A DNA stretch of 32,642 nt, taken from positions 1 through 32,642 of the forward strand of contig MEDY01000338.1 of NCBI GenBank assembly GCA_001724265.1, read 5' to 3'. Position 1 is the stretch's first letter, and each line of letters begins with the position of its first letter. Both the position numbers and the translations under genes were made by a program. Shown piece by piece: positions 29,699 to 32,642 of this stretch. The DNA comes from Rhizaria sp. SCN 62-66. Lineage: Eukaryota. The notes beneath the pieces are model-generated. The model ran no database searches and was not told where the DNA came from. It worked only from the letters and a program-made list of their open reading frames with translations.

Positions 29699-30243
29699 TA
29701 CGGCCGGGAAAGATGCGTGGGCGCGGGAGCGCACCGGAATGAAGTGTGCAGTGCCTGGAACCAGATAGGAGGGCTGCAACGTACTGGAAAGGCCTAATAT
29801 AAAGAAGTTAAACAAGTAGTTAAGGGGTATAATTAGAATTTCCAGCTGTTTGATGTTTGTTTCGTATAATATGTAACTGAAATTTCGTCTGACGATCAGC
29901 GCCGTCCACTACAGTGAGCTGAAAATAATACCTCGAACACTCACCGTCAGTCCGTTTCTCTCCGCCCGCCACCAAAAGTCTGGGTTACAAAAACACCAAG
30001 GCAACTTGAAGCAGATCATTATGCTCGTCAATAGACCTGAATGCATGATATTATAATTTTTTTATGTATTATATGTAAATTTAATGCTAAATCGCGGCAT
30101 CGGCCCTCATTCACTCACTCAACACTCCCTGAATAAAGTTCTATCATCATAGGAGCGTCCGTGGTGGTCACTCGCTCGCCTCATCATCACACTGCCTTGC
30201 ATTCCACTGCAAAGCACCGCGTAACAATCACACAGCAATCATC

Positions 30244-32642
30244 TCACGGCTGCGCCTGCTGCGCAACAGCGGCTGGCGCGCGCATCTTGTTGTCACCGCC
30301 GCTGTGCCCGCCACCGTTGGCCGGTCCGCGGTCGAGCATCTTCAGCACCTTGGGCACCGCTGCCTCGAAGTCCTGCCACTCGAGCGTGCACGTCAGCTCG
30401 GGGTTCTCCTCGGCAAGGTTCAAGTCAAGCCGCATGTCGCGCTCGATCTGCGCAAACGAGACGAGGTTGTTGATGAGCCCGGCGTTATGGTTCTTGAGCG
30501 CGTTGGGATCGAGCCCCGCCAGGCAGCCCGGAAGGGCGGGCAGCACGTCGTCCGCGAGCGCCTCGCCCTTGGCGGAGCACATCACGGCGCAGATGCGCAC
30601 AAGCTCGGGGATCGAGTACGCCTCGAAGGTGTAGCGGAACGGGATGCGGCGGCCGAGGCCCTGGTTCACACGCAAAAACTCGTTCATCGGCTAGGGTAGA
30701 TGGTGTAAGAGCGCAGACAAGAAAAAGAGAGAGTAATTGTAAGATTTAGGTACAAAACAATATATTTTGCATTACTTTGATGAAAACTTAAGTGATTGAG
30801 TCAGTAATAGAAATCCCGGGATTTCTATTACTGACTATTGCATATTTTGTGTGAATATGTCATCTAAACACAACTCAAGATAAAGCAATGATAACAAAGT
30901 TGTGTTTTAGTTTTACACTGCGTGCGTACCTCGGTGTAGCCAGCGAAGATGAAGACGCACGCGGGGGGGTCAAGGTGCTTCATGATGGTGTCGATGGCTT
31001 CGCGGCCGAACGTGTCATTACTTGAGTCCTTCTTGACGATCGAATAGGCCTCGTCGATGAACAGCACGCCGCCTAGATGTATATCGCAACACAGAAAAGC
31101 AAAATGTACACAGAATAAGATTAAATACAGCAAATAAGACAATTTAAGAAATAAATAAATTCGGCATTGAGAAATAAAAATAAATACAAAATAAAAACCT
31201 AGCATCTCAAAAGCTAGTGTAAACTTGATCTTATCATAACAAGTAATCCGTCTCATCACAGTTGAGATTTGCGTACCCTTGGCGTCCTCGACCTTCGCGT
31301 CGACCTTGCCGGCGGTCTGTCCGGAGTAGGCAGCAATGAGCTCGAGCGAGTTGTTGACGAACACGACCTTCGGCGACTTGACGAGGCGCATCTTGGTCAT
31401 GAGCTTTGCGACGAGCGAGGCCATCGAGGTCTTGCCAGTACCGGGGGGGCCCGCGAAGATCATGTGGTACAGCCCATCGCGCTTCTGCAGGCGGCGGTTC
31501 TGCTCGCGGATGTCGTCCAGTTGCACCTAAAGGAGACCAGCGCCATGACAAAGTGCGGGCAACGACACGGAACAGACAGAAAGGTAACAAGAGAGATGTG
31601 AGATCGAATCTGTGATTATATAGCAACTTATGAAAGATATATATTAAATTAACAGTAAAAGAGTGAGAATTTAATCATCGCAGTCAATTCAACTCAAATC
31701 GTGTTATTATAGCGCATATCAATGCATATAAGCGTACCTTCTTGTAGAACCTGCGGAGCTGCTTCTTGATGTTCTCGTGTCCGATAATTTTCGCGAACTC
31801 CTCCTCCATGAGCTCCTCCACGGTCATGGCGTCAAGGCGGCGCTGCTCGTCGAGCTTCTCCGCAATCTCCATCGTCGACATGCCGGGGAAGAGAGTGGCG
31901 CGTGAGTCTTCGGCCGCGCCTGCGGACACGGTGAAGAGCGACGAGCCAACCTTAAGCTTGTCGCCCGCTTTGAGCTGCACGCGCTGGTTCTTGTCGAGCT
32001 GGTAGCCGTTGACAAAGGTGCCGTTAAACGAGCCCAGGTCGACCACGCCGCCGTTCGCGCTAGAGCGGTCGGTCGGTCAAGCAACACAAAAGCCAAGGGA
32101 AAGTAATTGGATGAAAGAGTGTGAGTGCAAATCAAGACAGAGTGAAGAGTGAAGACTTAATATTATTCGTCACACAATATGAAAAGAACAAGTTAAGTCC
32201 TGTGATGCTGTTATATACTGCGATATATGCAGAGAGATCGTGGTTAGTTGTCAACGTACTTGATGCTGCAGTGCTTGCGCGAAGCCTCCGAGTCAGTGGT
32301 GAGGCAGACAGTGTTATCGTCGCCGCGGCCGATGGTGATCTCGGTCCCAGTCATGGGGAACTCCTTGGGGGGCTTCTCCTCCTTGCCCGCAATCTCAGTC
32401 AGCCGTAACTTGAGGACGCCGCCGCCGTCGCCGCCTCTGCCGCCCTTGTTGCCACCACCGCCACTGCTGCCGCTGCTGGGGCCGCTGGGACCGCCGCGCG
32501 CGGGGCCGCCGCTCGGGCCGGCGCTGGGGCCAGCGGCACCGGGACGGCGCATGCCCGCGGGGCCGGCCGCGCCCGCGCCGGGGCCCGCGCCGGCGGAGGC
32601 GCGGTTGGCGGGGGGCGCGCCGACGCCGACGCCGCCAAAAGC
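30244..32642 (-). CDS. FHA domain plus CbbX/CfxQ/SpoVK-family AAA+ ATPase; 5'-partial; exons 32642-32260, 32059-31738, 31526-31277, 31072-30930, 30690-30244 (514 aa visible)
   Basis: Four phase-compatible GT-AG introns join the exons to 1545 nt (515 codons). FHA: ITIGRGDDN...SRKHCSIN...VDLGSFNGTFVNG. AAA: IIGHENIKKQL, Walker A HMIFAGPPGTGKT, Walker B GGVLFIDEAY, FGREAIDTIM, FIFAGY, and the Arg-finger region NQGLGRRIPFRYTFEAYS. The frame stays open to the window edge. Ends in TGA. Confidence 0.9.
30691..30929 (-). other. Intron in FHA-AAA gene (239 nt, phase 0)
   Basis: GAG|GTACGC ... ACCCTAG|CCG; restores AGYTEPMNEFL. Confidence 0.88.
30799..30836. repeat. Perfect 38-bp palindrome flanked by ATTG direct repeats (MITE-like insertion or synthetic linker)
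   Basis: AGTCAGTAATAGAAATCCC|GGGATTTCTATTACTGACT, with ATTG at 30795-30798 and 30837-30840. Confidence 0.9.
31073..31276 (-). other. Intron in FHA-AAA gene (204 nt, phase 1; stop-free in frame)
   Basis: G|GTACGC ... ATCTAG|GC; restores AKGGVLFIDEAY. Very AT-rich. Confidence 0.9.
31527..31737 (-). other. Intron in FHA-AAA gene (211 nt, phase 0)
   Basis: AAG|GTACGC ... CTCCTTTAG|GTG. Confidence 0.85.
32060..32259 (-). other. Intron in FHA-AAA gene (200 nt, phase 2)
   Basis: AA|GTACGT ... CCGCTCTAG|C; rejoins the two halves of the FHA domain. Confidence 0.8.

Noticed and set aside
30244..31800. Calling the AAA gene cbbX (Rubisco activase)
   Set aside because: The family motifs match, but the FHA fusion, visible N-terminal linker and lack of any photosynthetic context do not support that function.
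776..32642. Functional gene cluster or operon, CRISPR array, tRNA or rRNA genes
   Set aside because: The genes have unrelated functions and eukaryotic structure. I saw no repeat-spacer array or recognisable RNA gene, though a covariance-model search was not possible.

Overview
Eukaryotic genomic DNA, most likely from a flagellated protist. Coding regions are very GC-rich and encode many poly-Ala, poly-Gln and Ser-Gln tracts. Intergenic spacers and GT-AG spliceosomal introns are AT-rich. I find six protein-coding loci, five on the minus strand: (1) a 2-TM/coiled-coil/PDZ protein; (2) a three-exon ovothiol synthase OvoA; (3) a greatly expanded NFX1-type zinc-finger protein (PAM2, RING, NF-X1 repeats, R3H); (4) axonemal outer-arm dynein intermediate chain 2 on the plus strand; (5) a ~10 kb low-complexity reading frame broken by a single in-frame TAG in a Gln-like context; (6) a 5'-truncated gene with five exons visible, fusing an intact FHA domain to a CbbX/SpoVK-type AAA+ ATPase. 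The most notable observations are the lone in-frame TAG, a perfect 38-bp palindrome flanked by 4-bp direct repeats inside an intron, the FHA-AAA fusion, a GT(A/T)CG(C/T) 5' splice site in all six introns, and nested inverted repeats just after the ovoA stop. I saw no rRNA, tRNA or CRISPR array. Family assignments come from recognising motifs by eye; no searches were run.
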